From assembly GCA_031260685.1 (NCBI GenBank), contig JAISLB010000058.1, forward strand, positions 1 to 51,325: a DNA stretch of 51,325 nt. The letters are read 5' to 3'. Shown piece by piece: positions 25,588 to 34,843 of the stretch (position 1 is the first letter of the stretch; every line of letters starts with the position of its first letter). The stretch comes from Oscillospiraceae bacterium (GTDB lineage: Bacteria > Bacillota > Clostridia > Oscillospirales > Oscillospiraceae). The position numbers and the translations under genes are program-made. A model generated the notes under the pieces. That model saw only the letters and a program-made list of their open reading frames with translations, was not told the DNA's origin and searched no databases.

Positions 25588-25612
25588 CGCGCACGCCGCG
25601 GGGAGGGAACTA

Positions 25613-25912
25613 ATGAAAAATCAACTCTTTTTATCGCAAAAGCGGAATCTCCCGCAGGAACTGGCAAAACTTCTCGCGGAGCTGAAAAGCGTCAGCTCTG
25701 ACCTTTCCGCGGCATACTCGGAGTTCGGACGAGCCGCGGAACCCGAAATGATTGACGCGGCGGTATTCGCGATTAACGCTCTCGACTCGGAGTACGGAGT
25801 CCTGCTGCGCAAAATCAAAAACCTAACTCCGGAGGAAGCGGAACCCGATACCCGGAAAGCCGGAAAGCCCGAAAAACGCGATAAGTCGCCTATCATCTTC
25901 GGCGCGGCTTAA
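25613..25912 (+). CDS. DUF2508 (YaaL-like) family protein
   Basis: The pattern EPEMIDAAVFAINALDSEYGVLLRKIK resembles YaaL. GGGGAGGGA RBS before ATG 25613. The track N-terminus is translated repeat. Confidence 0.5.
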   Translation: MKNQLFLSQKRNLPQELAKLLAELKSVSSDLSAAYSEFGRAAEPEMIDAAVFAINALDSEYGVLLRKIKNLTPEEAEPDTRKAGKPEKRDKSPIIFGAA

Positions 25913-25963
25913 CGATTTACAAACAACAATCCGCGTAAAGCGCGATGGTTAGGAGCGTTCACA

Positions 25964-26143
25964 ATGAGCAGAATAATCAAACTCCTCCGAAGCATAGTCC
26001 TGAGTTTTGCGGGACTGATAGCCGCCGACTTAGTTTGCGGTTACATAGGAATAAATCTCGGCGTGAACCTACTGAACCTCACGGCGGTGACAATCTTAGG
26101 ACCCGCGGGGCTGGGATTGCTGCTGATTCTGCGTCTTATATAG
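25964..26143 (+). CDS. bofA: pro-sigmaK processing inhibitor BofA-like small membrane protein (59 aa, absent from ORF track)
   Basis: My translation: MSRIIKLLRSIVLSFAGLIAADLVCGYIGINLGVNLLNLTAVTILGPAGLGLLLILRLI. Two hydrophobic helices and a BofA-like GxNxxN...ILGxxGxxLL tail. AGGAG RBS. Follows the yaaL-like gene, as in Bacillus. Confidence 0.55.
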   Translation: MSRIIKLLRSIVLSFAGLIAADLVCGYIGINLGVNLLNLTAVTILGPAGLGLLLILRLI

Positions 26144-26210
26144 CCGTTTCGCCGCTCCTATTCAAACCAACCTCATACATTGTAACACATTCCCCGCGAA
26201 ATTGCAAGCC

Positions 26211-27311
26211 CTACGCGTTGAATTCAAAATTACACCTCGCAACTTCATAGCCGTGACGCAGGAGCAGTTCGTAGTTGTCCCTGCCGGGCGATTCGAGCGT
26301 TGTCTTATAATCTGCCGCAAACTTCGCGTCAGCGGGACTTAGGCACTTATCAATCAAGCGCCGAGCGGAGGACGATTCGAGTTTTGCGGCGTTTGCTATT
26401 TGCTCCGCGCTGCTGCCGATTTCGAGATACAGCCCTAAACCCTTTGAAATTACCGCGGCTTGAAGCTCTCGCGTCCGCAGTGAGCCTACTTGGTCCATTG
26501 CGATATTAAGCAAACGCATAAGGTTTCCCGCGGAGGGAAGTACGCTCCGCGTTTTGCGTCCGCTTTCGCCGGAAGCGTTGCTGACTATCAGATAGTTTAT
26601 CTCATCGTCCAAACCTTTGCCGATTTTATGCAAAGCTTCAAGCCCGAGATTGTCGTAAACTCCGCCGTCCCAAAGGTGTACATCAGGAGGAACCGCTTCC
26701 GGCAGCGCGCCGTATTTATCCGCGGACCACTTATAACGTGAGCTTTTAAGCTTCAGCGGTCCGATAAGTACGGGGAATCCGGCTGACGCGGCTATCATAT
26801 CGGATACCGGTAATTCGGGGCGCTGTACGTAACCAAGCGTGTAGTCGCCCATATAGTCTTTCCGAACGCGGAAGCTTTTACCGGTTTCGAAAGTGGTGCT
26901 GTTGATTTCCCAATAGGGATAATCCGGCAGGTCCTGTATCACTCCCGTTATCCCGAACTTTTTGCGCAAAACTTGCGACAGCAGCCCCGCCTTATTTCGC
27001 CAATACCGCGGAGAAAACGGCAAACGGCACAGCGCGGAGAACTGTATATCGTTTGTAAGTATCAAGCTCTCAATATCAGGCAGCGTGTAAAGGAGATATT
27101 CCGCGTCCCCCGGCCAGATATTACCGCTGAACGCGAATATCAGCCCCACGCAAATGCTTGCGCCCGAAACCGAGGAAATGTTCGCAAGCCTGCCGAGCAA
27201 GCGCCGCTCCGCAAGATATTTGAATACTCCGAGGTGAAAAATCGTTGCGCGAATACCGCCGCCCGAAAGCGCTATACCTATCCGCAAGGCGTCCCGATTG
27301 AGCTTTACCAT
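26211..27311 (-). CDS. patatin-like phospholipase
   Basis: Oxyanion loop ALSGGGIRA, nucleophile elbow VSGAS (GxSxG) and catalytic Asp in WDGGVYDNLG. Start at ATG 27311 with an AGGGGGA RBS. Confidence 0.8.
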   Translation of the reverse strand: MVKLNRDALRIGIALSGGGIRATIFHLGVFKYLAERRLLGRLANISSVSGASICVGLIFAFSGNIWPGDAEYLLYTLPDIESLILTNDIQFSALCRLPFSPRYWRNKAGLLSQVLRKKFGITGVIQDLPDYPYWEINSTTFETGKSFRVRKDYMGDYTLGYVQRPELPVSDMIAASAGFPVLIGPLKLKSSRYKWSADKYGALPEAVPPDVHLWDGGVYDNLGLEALHKIGKGLDDEINYLIVSNASGESGRKTRSVLPSAGNLMRLLNIAMDQVGSLRTRELQAAVISKGLGLYLEIGSSAEQIANAAKLESSSARRLIDKCLSPADAKFAADYKTTLESPGRDNYELLLRHGYEVARCNFEFNA

Positions 27312-27385
27312 AACGCATATATCCCCCTGCCAGAATATATGCAAAACGCGGATAAAAAATAACAGCGGAAAAGTTCGGAGAACGG

Positions 27386-27416
27386 CTAAAAAGGGGGACG
27401 GTTAAAGCCGCCCCCT
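27386..27416 (-). terminator. rho-independent terminator
   Basis: On the minus strand: GGGGGCGG cttta(a) CCGtCCCCC followed by TTTTTA, 8 nt after the stop at 27424. Confidence 0.75.
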
Positions 27417-27423
27417 TTCTGTT

Positions 27424-28944
27424 CTAATAGCTGTAATATATCTGTTCAGCCAAGCCGTACAGCAAGTTGTAGACTATAAGCGTGAATCCGTCAGTTTCTC
27501 CGGCAGAGAGTTCGCCGAGCTTATCCTCAGCCGCTTCCACAAAAGCGTCGAGCTTCGCGATTGTCGCGTCACTATCGTCGCCTATGGTGATTAGCTTATC
27601 CTCGGAAACCACCGGAGTTTCGGGGGTTTCGTAGCCCTCGGTAATTTCGCAGCCTATCGTTATCTTTCCGGGGTTTTTCCCCAAGACAGTTCCCGAGTAT
27701 TCGATAATCTGTCTGTTGCCCTCCGTAATGAATAAGACCGACAACGCAAAGGGAGACTCCGCGTTATTGTAAACGAAGCTCGCGGAACCGCTTAGCAAGC
27801 CCTTGTCACTGTTTGTAATATCCGAAAACGTCAGCTCGAATTTTTCACCCTCGACTGTCAGCGTTCCGCTGCCGTTAGTCGTCCACTCGGAAGCGTTTTT
27901 CTTCGCGGCAAGCTCTAACTCGGCAGTGAGACCCTCTCCGCTGAAAAATATGTAAGTTTCGCCGTCATTGCCCTTTTCCAGTGACGTGTAAATTAGGCTA
28001 ATCTGCTCGTCACCCGCGAGAGTTAAGCAGCGTCGGACAACCGTATCGCCTACTATGTTAGTCCGCATAGTGAACATCAATTCTCCGGCTTCGCCGCCCA
28101 ATGCATCGAGTTCCGCCTGTACTTCCGCTATGATTTCGTCAACGTCAAAGCTTTGCGCGGAGGTTTCAAGCGCCTGCCTGATAAGCTCGACCAGCTCCGG
28201 GTTATTTTTCAGCTCGTTCAGGGCGAGAATCGCAAACTCATACGCGTCTTTTTCGTAGAAGTCCACAGTGTATTCGTCCGTCTTGACTGTGATTGAGCCT
28301 TGCGTCAGCACGATTTTCACGGCTTCCGCGGACTTTGCCTTTTCGAAGTACCACTTAGCCAAAACTTCGATAGAGGCTTTCAGCTTCTCGCTGTCTATCT
28401 CGGGTTGCTTCACCGCGGACGTTCCCGACTCAAACGCGAATACATAGTCCGAGAGAGCCGGTATAGCCGCGAGAATCTTCGAACCCTCAATGTAGGCTTT
28501 TGCCTCCGCTATATCGCCGCCGCCGTTGGCAATCGCGAGACTGATAAAGCTCCGCAGCTCGTCGGCTCCTACGGAGGCTTTGAGCTTTGCGTCCGCTATC
28601 CCCGCAAGCATCTGTCCGATTTCGCTTTCGGCGTTAGTATCGCCGCTGACCGTCCCGAAGAATAATTCGGAAAAGTCGGGACCCGGCTCAAAAGCTAAGT
28701 CGAACTCTACAAGAGTTCCCTTAGAGGCGGTAGTTTCAGCGTTAGACAAGAGCCGCGCAAACGCTTTTGCCTCCGCGCGTTCATACGAGGAACCGGCGTT
28801 CGCGAAAACTATCACCGCGATTACCGCCGCGATTACGAAGATAAGAATACCGATAATCAGGTAAATCTTTATCGGGGACTTGCGGCTGACTGCGCCGGAG
28901 ACTTGGATTTCGCCGGCGTTTGCGTTGTTGCTGTCGTTGTTCAT
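27424..28944 (-). CDS. single-pass membrane-anchored hypothetical protein
   Basis: N-terminal TM IKIYLIIGILIFVIAAVIAVIVFA, then an approximately 450-aa acidic extracytoplasmic region with no motif I recognise. AAGGAG RBS. TAATG overlap with the ComFB-like gene. Confidence 0.6.
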   Translation of the reverse strand: MNNDSNNANAGEIQVSGAVSRKSPIKIYLIIGILIFVIAAVIAVIVFANAGSSYERAEAKAFARLLSNAETTASKGTLVEFDLAFEPGPDFSELFFGTVSGDTNAESEIGQMLAGIADAKLKASVGADELRSFISLAIANGGGDIAEAKAYIEGSKILAAIPALSDYVFAFESGTSAVKQPEIDSEKLKASIEVLAKWYFEKAKSAEAVKIVLTQGSITVKTDEYTVDFYEKDAYEFAILALNELKNNPELVELIRQALETSAQSFDVDEIIAEVQAELDALGGEAGELMFTMRTNIVGDTVVRRCLTLAGDEQISLIYTSLEKGNDGETYIFFSGEGLTAELELAAKKNASEWTTNGSGTLTVEGEKFELTFSDITNSDKGLLSGSASFVYNNAESPFALSVLFITEGNRQIIEYSGTVLGKNPGKITIGCEITEGYETPETPVVSEDKLITIGDDSDATIAKLDAFVEAAEDKLGELSAGETDGFTLIVYNLLYGLAEQIYYSY

Positions 28945-29297
28945 TACAATACTCCTTCTTGTTTACTTATTTCCTCCGCAATAACTTCCGCGCAGTTTTT
29001 GCGCGGCTTATCGCGGACCAACATACAGGCGCTGATAATATCGGCATCGAGTGAAATGGTCTGTTCATCGGAGGTAAGCATATCGGCAATGGCAAAGTTC
29101 TCTCCCATCTCCGATGAAACGTAGTGCGGCTTAGACCTATTGAGCGTAATCGCAAGCACATCGGCGTAGCAAACGCCGCAGATACACATACGCAATTCTT
29201 TCATATACTTCTGAACCCGCCGCTCGATGATGTCCTCAACGGTGTTATGTACTACGCTGCGCACCGGCGGAAAGGGCGGTCTTTCGGTTTCTGTCAT
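28944..29297 (-). CDS. ComFB-family (late competence development protein-like) protein
   Basis: NTVEDIIERRV...MCICGVCYADVLAITLNRSKPHY matches the ComFB C.C..C..D..A.ALN..P.Y pattern. Start uncertain (29297 or 29354). Confidence 0.6.
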   Translation of the reverse strand: MTETERPPFPPVRSVVHNTVEDIIERRVQKYMKELRMCICGVCYADVLAITLNRSKPHYVSSEMGENFAIADMLTSDEQTISLDADIISACMLVRDKPRKNCAEVIAEEISKQEGVL

Positions 29298-29453
29298 AAG
29301 TAATTTATTCTCCCGCAAATCATTCTTGCAACTATTATACACCTTTCCGAGCAAATTGTAAAGGGCAAATTGCTAAAAATAATCGAAATATGTCTTTTGC
29401 GCTCAAAATATCCTCCGGCAAACGCTCCGGCTCCGTTCGGCTGCTATTCGCGC

Positions 29454-29482
29454 TTGACAAAACCGTTTGGCTGTGCTAGAAT
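29454..29482 (+). promoter_or_regulatory. sigma-A promoter (TTGACA-17-TAGAAT, TGn)
   Basis: TTGACA at 29454-29459 and tgcTAGAAT with TAGAAT at 29477-29482, upstream of pit and the DUF47 gene. Confidence 0.65.
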
Positions 29483-29563
29483 ATAGCAAAGAGGAGTAAA
29501 TGTTCGCCGCTGTGAGCAGGTTCCAAAAACTGTTCGCGGCTAATAGAAAGCAGGTGGTTCAAT

Positions 29564-30580
29564 TTGTCCGCGGCTCTGATTATCACCGGGGTGTTAGTAT
29601 TGGGCGTAATCTTCGTCAACGGTTGGACTGACGCTCCGAATGCTATCGCGACAGCCGTTTCAACCCGTGTTCTTCCTCCGCGCGTTGCCATCACAATGGC
29701 GGTAATACTTAACTTCGCCGGAGTGCTGATAATGACCTTCTTCAACGCGGAGGTAGCGGAAACCATTAGCCATATGGTAACTTTCGAGGGCGGAGCGAAC
29801 GAACCGCAGATAGCTCTCGCGGCTGCCTTATTCTCAATAGTCGTCTGGTCGGTGGGAGCTTGGTACTTCGGAATCCCCACGAGCGAAAGCCACTCGCTGA
29901 TTGCCGGAATTACCGGCTCCGCGCTGGCAATGGGCGGTCTCCACGCGGTCAATATGGCTGAATGGAGCAAAGTTCTCATTGGGTTGGCAATTTCCTCGGT
30001 CATCGGCTTCGGCGGCGGTTTCGGCGTTGCAAAGCTTATACAGAAAATCTTTACTCACGTTAACCGTCCCTCCGCTAACCGATTCTTTACGGTCGGGCAA
30101 GCTCTCTCGGCAGCGGCCAACGCCTTTCTGCACGGAGCGCAGGACGGGCAAAAATTTATGGGCGTGTTTATGCTGACGCTCTTTTACAACGGCATTGTCG
30201 AGCGGAACGCTTCGGGCGGCTTCGCGATTCCGCTGTGGGTAATGATTCTGTGTTCGCTGATTATGGGGCTCGGAACCTCTGTCGGCGGTATGAAAATCAT
30301 CAAAGCGGTCGGAATGGATATGGTGAAGCTCGAAAAGTACCAAGGCTTCTCAGCTGATTTGAGCTCGGCTGTTTGTCTGCTTGCGTCCTCGCTGTTCGGG
30401 ATTCCCGTTTCCACTACGCATACTAAGACTACCGCGATTATGGGCGTCGGAGCGTCGCGCAGGGTTCGTTCGGTGGATTGGCGCATTGTCAAGGAAATGG
30501 TTCTCGCGTGGATTCTGACTTTCCCCGGCTGCGGGCTGATAGCGTACCTAATGACTAAGCTGTTTACGCACATATTCTAG
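29564..30580 (+). CDS. inorganic phosphate transporter, PiT family
   Basis: NGWTDAPNAIATAVSTR and PVSTTHT PHO4 motifs, with multiple TM segments. TTG start with an AGGTGG RBS. Confidence 0.9.
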   Translation: MSAALIITGVLVLGVIFVNGWTDAPNAIATAVSTRVLPPRVAITMAVILNFAGVLIMTFFNAEVAETISHMVTFEGGANEPQIALAAALFSIVVWSVGAWYFGIPTSESHSLIAGITGSALAMGGLHAVNMAEWSKVLIGLAISSVIGFGGGFGVAKLIQKIFTHVNRPSANRFFTVGQALSAAANAFLHGAQDGQKFMGVFMLTLFYNGIVERNASGGFAIPLWVMILCSLIMGLGTSVGGMKIIKAVGMDMVKLEKYQGFSADLSSAVCLLASSLFGIPVSTTHTKTTAIMGVGASRRVRSVDWRIVKEMVLAWILTFPGCGLIAYLMTKLFTHIF

Positions 30581-30653
30581 CAAAAACCCATTGCGGCGAA
30601 GCTCCCGTAATGCCGCAATCCGAAAATTCATTCGAATAGGAGAAAGACCGCCA

Positions 30654-31268
30654 ATGGCTAAGAAAAGTTACAACTATTTTGAGCAATTCGAAAAACAAAT
30701 GACAATGTGCGAAAAAGCCGCGGAACAGCTCGTTGCAATGCTCGCGGACTATACCGATATTCACAATAAGGCGGAGGAAATCCACGACACCGAGCATAAA
30801 GCGGACGAACACCTCCACGAACTTATGCAGGAACTGAACCGCTCGTTCGTTACCCCGATTGACCGCGAGGATATCGTTCAGCTGGCGAACGCGCTTGACG
30901 ATATCACCGACGCGATTGAGGATGTAGCGAACCTCTTTGACGTTATGTCGATTGAACGCGTAAAGCCCGAAGCGAAAGAAATGTCGCAGCTGATTCTCGA
31001 AAGCAGCATCGCTCTGAGCGCGCTCGTTTCGGAGTTCCACCTGTTCAAAAGCTCCAAGAACCTCAACGACTTGATTATCAAGGTTAACGAGGTCGAAACA
31101 AAGGGCGACGAGCTGCACCGCTCAGTAACTAAAGAAATGTTCAAGAACGAGAAAGACGCTATCGAACTTATGAAGTGGAAACAAATTTTTGACACAATGG
31201 AGGAAACGCTCGATATCTTTGAGGATGTAGCCGATATGATAGACGGCTTAGTCATAAAAAACAGTTGA
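30654..31268 (+). CDS. DUF47 family protein (PhoU-like phosphate transport regulator partner of PiT)
   Basis: HKADEHLHELMQELNRSFVTPIDREDI and ETKGDELHR helical repeats. Conserved pairing with PiT. Start at ATG 30654. Confidence 0.85.
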   Translation: MAKKSYNYFEQFEKQMTMCEKAAEQLVAMLADYTDIHNKAEEIHDTEHKADEHLHELMQELNRSFVTPIDREDIVQLANALDDITDAIEDVANLFDVMSIERVKPEAKEMSQLILESSIALSALVSEFHLFKSSKNLNDLIIKVNEVETKGDELHRSVTKEMFKNEKDAIELMKWKQIFDTMEETLDIFEDVADMIDGLVIKNS

Positions 31269-31281
31269 ACCCGCGCTTATC

Positions 31282-31321
31282 GCTCCTCCGGAAACAGTCT
31301 TTCCGGAGGAGCTTTTTCTTT
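31282..31321 (+). terminator. rho-independent terminator
   Basis: Perfect 13-bp stem GCTCCTCCGGAAA / TTTCCGGAGGAGC, 5-nt loop, then TTTTTCTTT. Confidence 0.85.
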
Positions 31322-31365
31322 GCCCTCAAAACGTTCCGCGGCTGTGAACGGCGGCAAGTTCTCTC

Positions 31366-31395
31366 TTGACAAGGTATTACTAAAAATGTTATAAT
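31366..31395 (+). promoter_or_regulatory. sigma-A promoter (TTGACA-18-TATAAT, TGn)
   Basis: TTGACA at 31366-31371 and tgtTATAAT with TATAAT at 31390-31395, upstream of the MCP gene. Confidence 0.7.
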
Positions 31396-31443
31396 GAAAC
31401 CGCCGCGATACGACGGCGTGAATTATATATGGGAGGCTTCAAT

Positions 31444-33498
31444 ATGAGCATCAAACGAATTCTTTGGACTACTTCGGCAATCCTTGTCGCGGTCTGCGTT
31501 ATTGTGCAATTGTCGATTTTTTTCGTTTCAAGGTCGAAAGTCGCATACCGCACAGAAGTTTTGGAAGCTGATTTGCGCACTGACGACTCCGAACGTTCCG
31601 GCGATGAAATCAAGTCCTTGGCGGATGCTCTTTCCGCATATCTCACGGATATCGAGGACGAAATCGACAACTCGATGTATCACGCGGCTCTGGTACTCCA
31701 AAAGCTCGATACTTTAACCGTCGTTACGGAGAGCGAAATGGAAAAGCTCCTGACCGAGCTTCGCGTTGATGACCTCTACCTCGCAGGCTTAGACGGCAGA
31801 TTCACCGTTTCCACGGTGGACGGAGCTGTCGGCGGTATCGGAATGTTCGACATCTGGGACGGTTACAGGATGCTGGTTACGGGAGAAGCGGCGGAGCTTC
31901 CCTCTACGATAAAGGTTATGGTGGAAACCGGCGAAATCTACAAATTTACCGCAATACCGCGCTATGACAATAACGGCGTCATCACGGGTATTTTGGAATC
32001 AGCTCTCGAAGTCAGCGCGATTGAAACTGATTTAGCGGAATTCATTAACAGCTACTATATGATTAACAGTCTGCATCTTTTTGACTCCGCGGGACTGACT
32101 CTCGCTTCCGTGGAAAAGGGCGGAGCGCGCAGCAGCTACCAAAAAGGCACTACGGTTACACTTCCCGAGATTGCGCAGACTGTTAAAGACGGTTCGCTGA
32201 TGACGGCTCCCGGCGACGGCAGCGTCGTATACTACAAAACAGTCAATCGAATGGGAAGCCCCGCCTACATAATGCGGCTTGAACTCGAAGAGTCCTACTA
32301 TTCAGAAGATACGGACTACGCGCTTGATGAGGTTACGGCACTGTCCGGAACCGCCGATTCGTTCCTGCTTCTGACCGTTGCTATTGGTATAGTATTTATG
32401 GTTGTGGTGGCGGGATTCTACATTTTGCTCGTCAACCGTTCGATTCTCCTGCCAATAGAACTTTTACGGGACCGAACTCGCCGCGTTTCGCAGGGCGATA
32501 TTTCACCGATGGAGGTTTCGCGGAAGCACGACGAAATCGGCGACTTAGAGCGTGACTTCGCCGAAATGGTTTCCGCAATCCATAACCAAGCGCAAATCCT
32601 TGACGGAATAGCGCAGGGCGACTACACGATGTCTATTTCCGTTCGCTCCGATAAGGATATTATGAACCGCGCAATCAACGAGATGATACTAAGCAGCAAC
32701 AATATGATTTCCGAAATCCGCACTTCCGCGGACCAAGTCGCCTCCGGGTCGCAGCTGGTTGCCCAAGCCTCGCAAACTCTTGCGTCCGGAGCTACCGAAC
32801 AGGCGCTCACAATCGAGAAATTCTCCGAAACAATCTACGAAATCCAATCTCTCGCAAACGAAAACGCTAAAATCGCCGACGAAGCTATGACGCATACGCG
32901 CGATTCCGAACGGCTAATGAGCGAATGTACAGACGCAATGAGCCAAATGCTCACGGCTATGCACAGTATTGACGACAGTTCGCAGAATATTTCAAAAGTT
33001 ATCAAGGTAATCGACGACATAGCGTTCCAGACGAATATTCTCGCTCTAAACGCCGCCGTAGAAGCAGCCCGCGCCGGACAGCACGGAAAGGGTTTTGCGG
33101 TGGTAGCCGAAGAAGTCCGCAGTTTAGCGTCCAAATCAGCCGAAGCCGCCCGCGAAACCGCGGAACTAATCGAAGGAAGCTCAAAGAGTGTAGCCGAAGG
33201 CAGCTCAATCGTCAACAAAGTCAATGAAAGTCTGCAAGCCGTAGATACCCTTTCTAAGCAAAACGCCGAATCTATTGAGAATCTGCGTTCCGCCTCCTCA
33301 AAGCAAAGCGAGTCGGTATCGGGCGTAGCGTCCGCAATAAATCAGCTGTCCACAGTTGTGCAAGCTAATTCAGCCACCGCGGAGGAGACGGCCGCTTCAA
33401 GCCAGCAGATTTCCGCGCAATCCGCTATGCTCGATGAGATTGTCGGACGCTTCCGGCTGAAAGACAACGCTCCGTTAACTCTTACGCGCGGCAGATAG
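31444..33498 (+). CDS. methyl-accepting chemotaxis protein
   Basis: An N-terminal TM, an approximately 280-aa periplasmic sensor region, a second TM, HAMP, and the signalling hairpin [40 protein letters not shown] before ATG 31444. Confidence 0.9.
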   Translation: MSIKRILWTTSAILVAVCVIVQLSIFFVSRSKVAYRTEVLEADLRTDDSERSGDEIKSLADALSAYLTDIEDEIDNSMYHAALVLQKLDTLTVVTESEMEKLLTELRVDDLYLAGLDGRFTVSTVDGAVGGIGMFDIWDGYRMLVTGEAAELPSTIKVMVETGEIYKFTAIPRYDNNGVITGILESALEVSAIETDLAEFINSYYMINSLHLFDSAGLTLASVEKGGARSSYQKGTTVTLPEIAQTVKDGSLMTAPGDGSVVYYKTVNRMGSPAYIMRLELEESYYSEDTDYALDEVTALSGTADSFLLLTVAIGIVFMVVVAGFYILLVNRSILLPIELLRDRTRRVSQGDISPMEVSRKHDEIGDLERDFAEMVSAIHNQAQILDGIAQGDYTMSISVRSDKDIMNRAINEMILSSNNMISEIRTSADQVASGSQLVAQASQTLASGATEQALTIEKFSETIYEIQSLANENAKIADEAMTHTRDSERLMSECTDAMSQMLTAMHSIDDSSQNISKVIKVIDDIAFQTNILALNAAVEAARAGQHGKGFAVVAEEVRSLASKSAEAARETAELIEGSSKSVAEGSSIVNKVNESLQAVDTLSKQNAESIENLRSASSKQSESVSGVASAINQLSTVVQANSATAEETAASSQQISAQSAMLDEIVGRFRLKDNAPLTLTRGR

Positions 33499-33548
33499 CT
33501 ACTGTACGGAGAAAACGCTTATCTAATATAATTCAGGAGGAGCACAAA

Positions 33549-34796
33549 ATGGGAAATAACGGCAATAACCGGAGCAGCAATGAATCAGACATTCTCGAAC
33601 TAAAAGAGTTTTTGCTTGACAGCGAGTCTTTACTGAGCGATTTGGAGGAGCAAATCGGCAACAAAGTCAACATTTTTGACATTCTAAGCGTCAGCCGAAC
33701 CGAAATCAGACACAGCAATATACTCGCTTGGCTGCTCAATCCCTTTGAAAACCACGGCTTATCAAGCAAGTTCACCGATGGCTTACTGGCGCTGATAGCG
33801 GGTTTTGACGAAACGTCGCACGAAGAAAGCATTAAGCTAATCCTCGCGGACGGAGCAAGCTTCAGCGTTTACCGCGAATGGAACCACATTGACCTTCTCC
33901 TTGTTTCCGAGAAAGATAAGCTCGCAGTCTGCATTGAGAACAAAATTGATTCAGGTGAAAGCGATAACCAGCTTAACACATACCGAAAGAAAGTGAAAGA
34001 GGAGTTTGCAGACTCCGAATATAGTCATTACTTTTTGTATCTGACCTTATTCGGCGAAGAACCATCTGACAGCGATAACTGGACTCCGATAAGCTATTCG
34101 GACGATATAAGCGGGCTTATTAAATCCATCGCAGCTAAGGAGTCCCTGTCAAGCGAGGTTTCGCTGATAATCAACCACTACTTATCTACAATAGGGAGTT
34201 TAACTATGGAAAACAGCGATAAAATCATAGAGTTATGCAGAAAAATTGACGCAAAGCACAGGCACGCAATTGATTTAATCGTAGGAAACCGCTACAATCC
34301 GCTTAGCGAAGTTGCCGAAACTATAAATGATTGGGTCGTTAAGTGGGCGAGTGAGGAACGATTAGTCAATCTACCGAGAGCAACCACTTTTTACAAGGCT
34401 TTTACAACAAATGGATTGACTGAAATTTTACCGGATGTAATAGAAAATAAGCCGCCCTGCATCTATTTTATTGGTATTGAATCCTCTCGGATTTTTCTTA
34501 CTATGGAGTTGCAAGGCATCGGCGTAAACGATACAAATTTAGACGCGGCTGAAATTGTTTCAATTGCCGCGTCAGACGGGAAGAAACCGTTAAAGAAGAA
34601 AGACTGGGGATATAAAAGGATTGTTAGCTGGGACATCATTAAAAAGGGGAAAAATGAAGATGTAGAAGCTTTCGTCGATAAATTCAACAAAGGAATAAGC
34701 GGTATTGAAAAGAAGCTCTATCAGATAATTACGTCGGATATACCCGCGATTGAAGCTAAGTGCAAGAAACAACTTGCCGAAGCGGAGTTGTTGTAA
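33549..34796 (+). CDS. PD-(D/E)XK nuclease family protein (PDDEXK_4-like)
   Basis: EIRHSNILAWLLNPFENHGL N-terminal signature, then D...E.K core HIDLLLVSEKDKLAVCIENKIDSGESDNQL. Visibly AT-richer than its flanks. Confidence 0.65.
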   Translation: MGNNGNNRSSNESDILELKEFLLDSESLLSDLEEQIGNKVNIFDILSVSRTEIRHSNILAWLLNPFENHGLSSKFTDGLLALIAGFDETSHEESIKLILADGASFSVYREWNHIDLLLVSEKDKLAVCIENKIDSGESDNQLNTYRKKVKEEFADSEYSHYFLYLTLFGEEPSDSDNWTPISYSDDISGLIKSIAAKESLSSEVSLIINHYLSTIGSLTMENSDKIIELCRKIDAKHRHAIDLIVGNRYNPLSEVAETINDWVVKWASEERLVNLPRATTFYKAFTTNGLTEILPDVIENKPPCIYFIGIESSRIFLTMELQGIGVNDTNLDAAEIVSIAASDGKKPLKKKDWGYKRIVSWDIIKKGKNEDVEAFVDKFNKGISGIEKKLYQIITSDIPAIEAKCKKQLAEAELL

Positions 34797-34843
34797 CAAT
34801 CCCGGCTTGCGGTGACACTATAATATAGAAAGAAGGCGAAGCT

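Noticed and set aside
25945-26250. 101-aa track ORF downstream of the yaaL-like gene.
   Set aside because: It has no RBS or motif and overlaps the better-supported BofA-like frame (25964..26143). It also runs into the convergent patatin gene.
29500-29631. 43-codon ORF with an AGAGGAG RBS in the pit leader, overlapping the pit start out of frame.
   Set aside because: It has no recognisable features, its SD-ATG spacing is very short, and it overlaps a well-supported gene. It could be a regulatory uORF, but I cannot support it from sequence alone.
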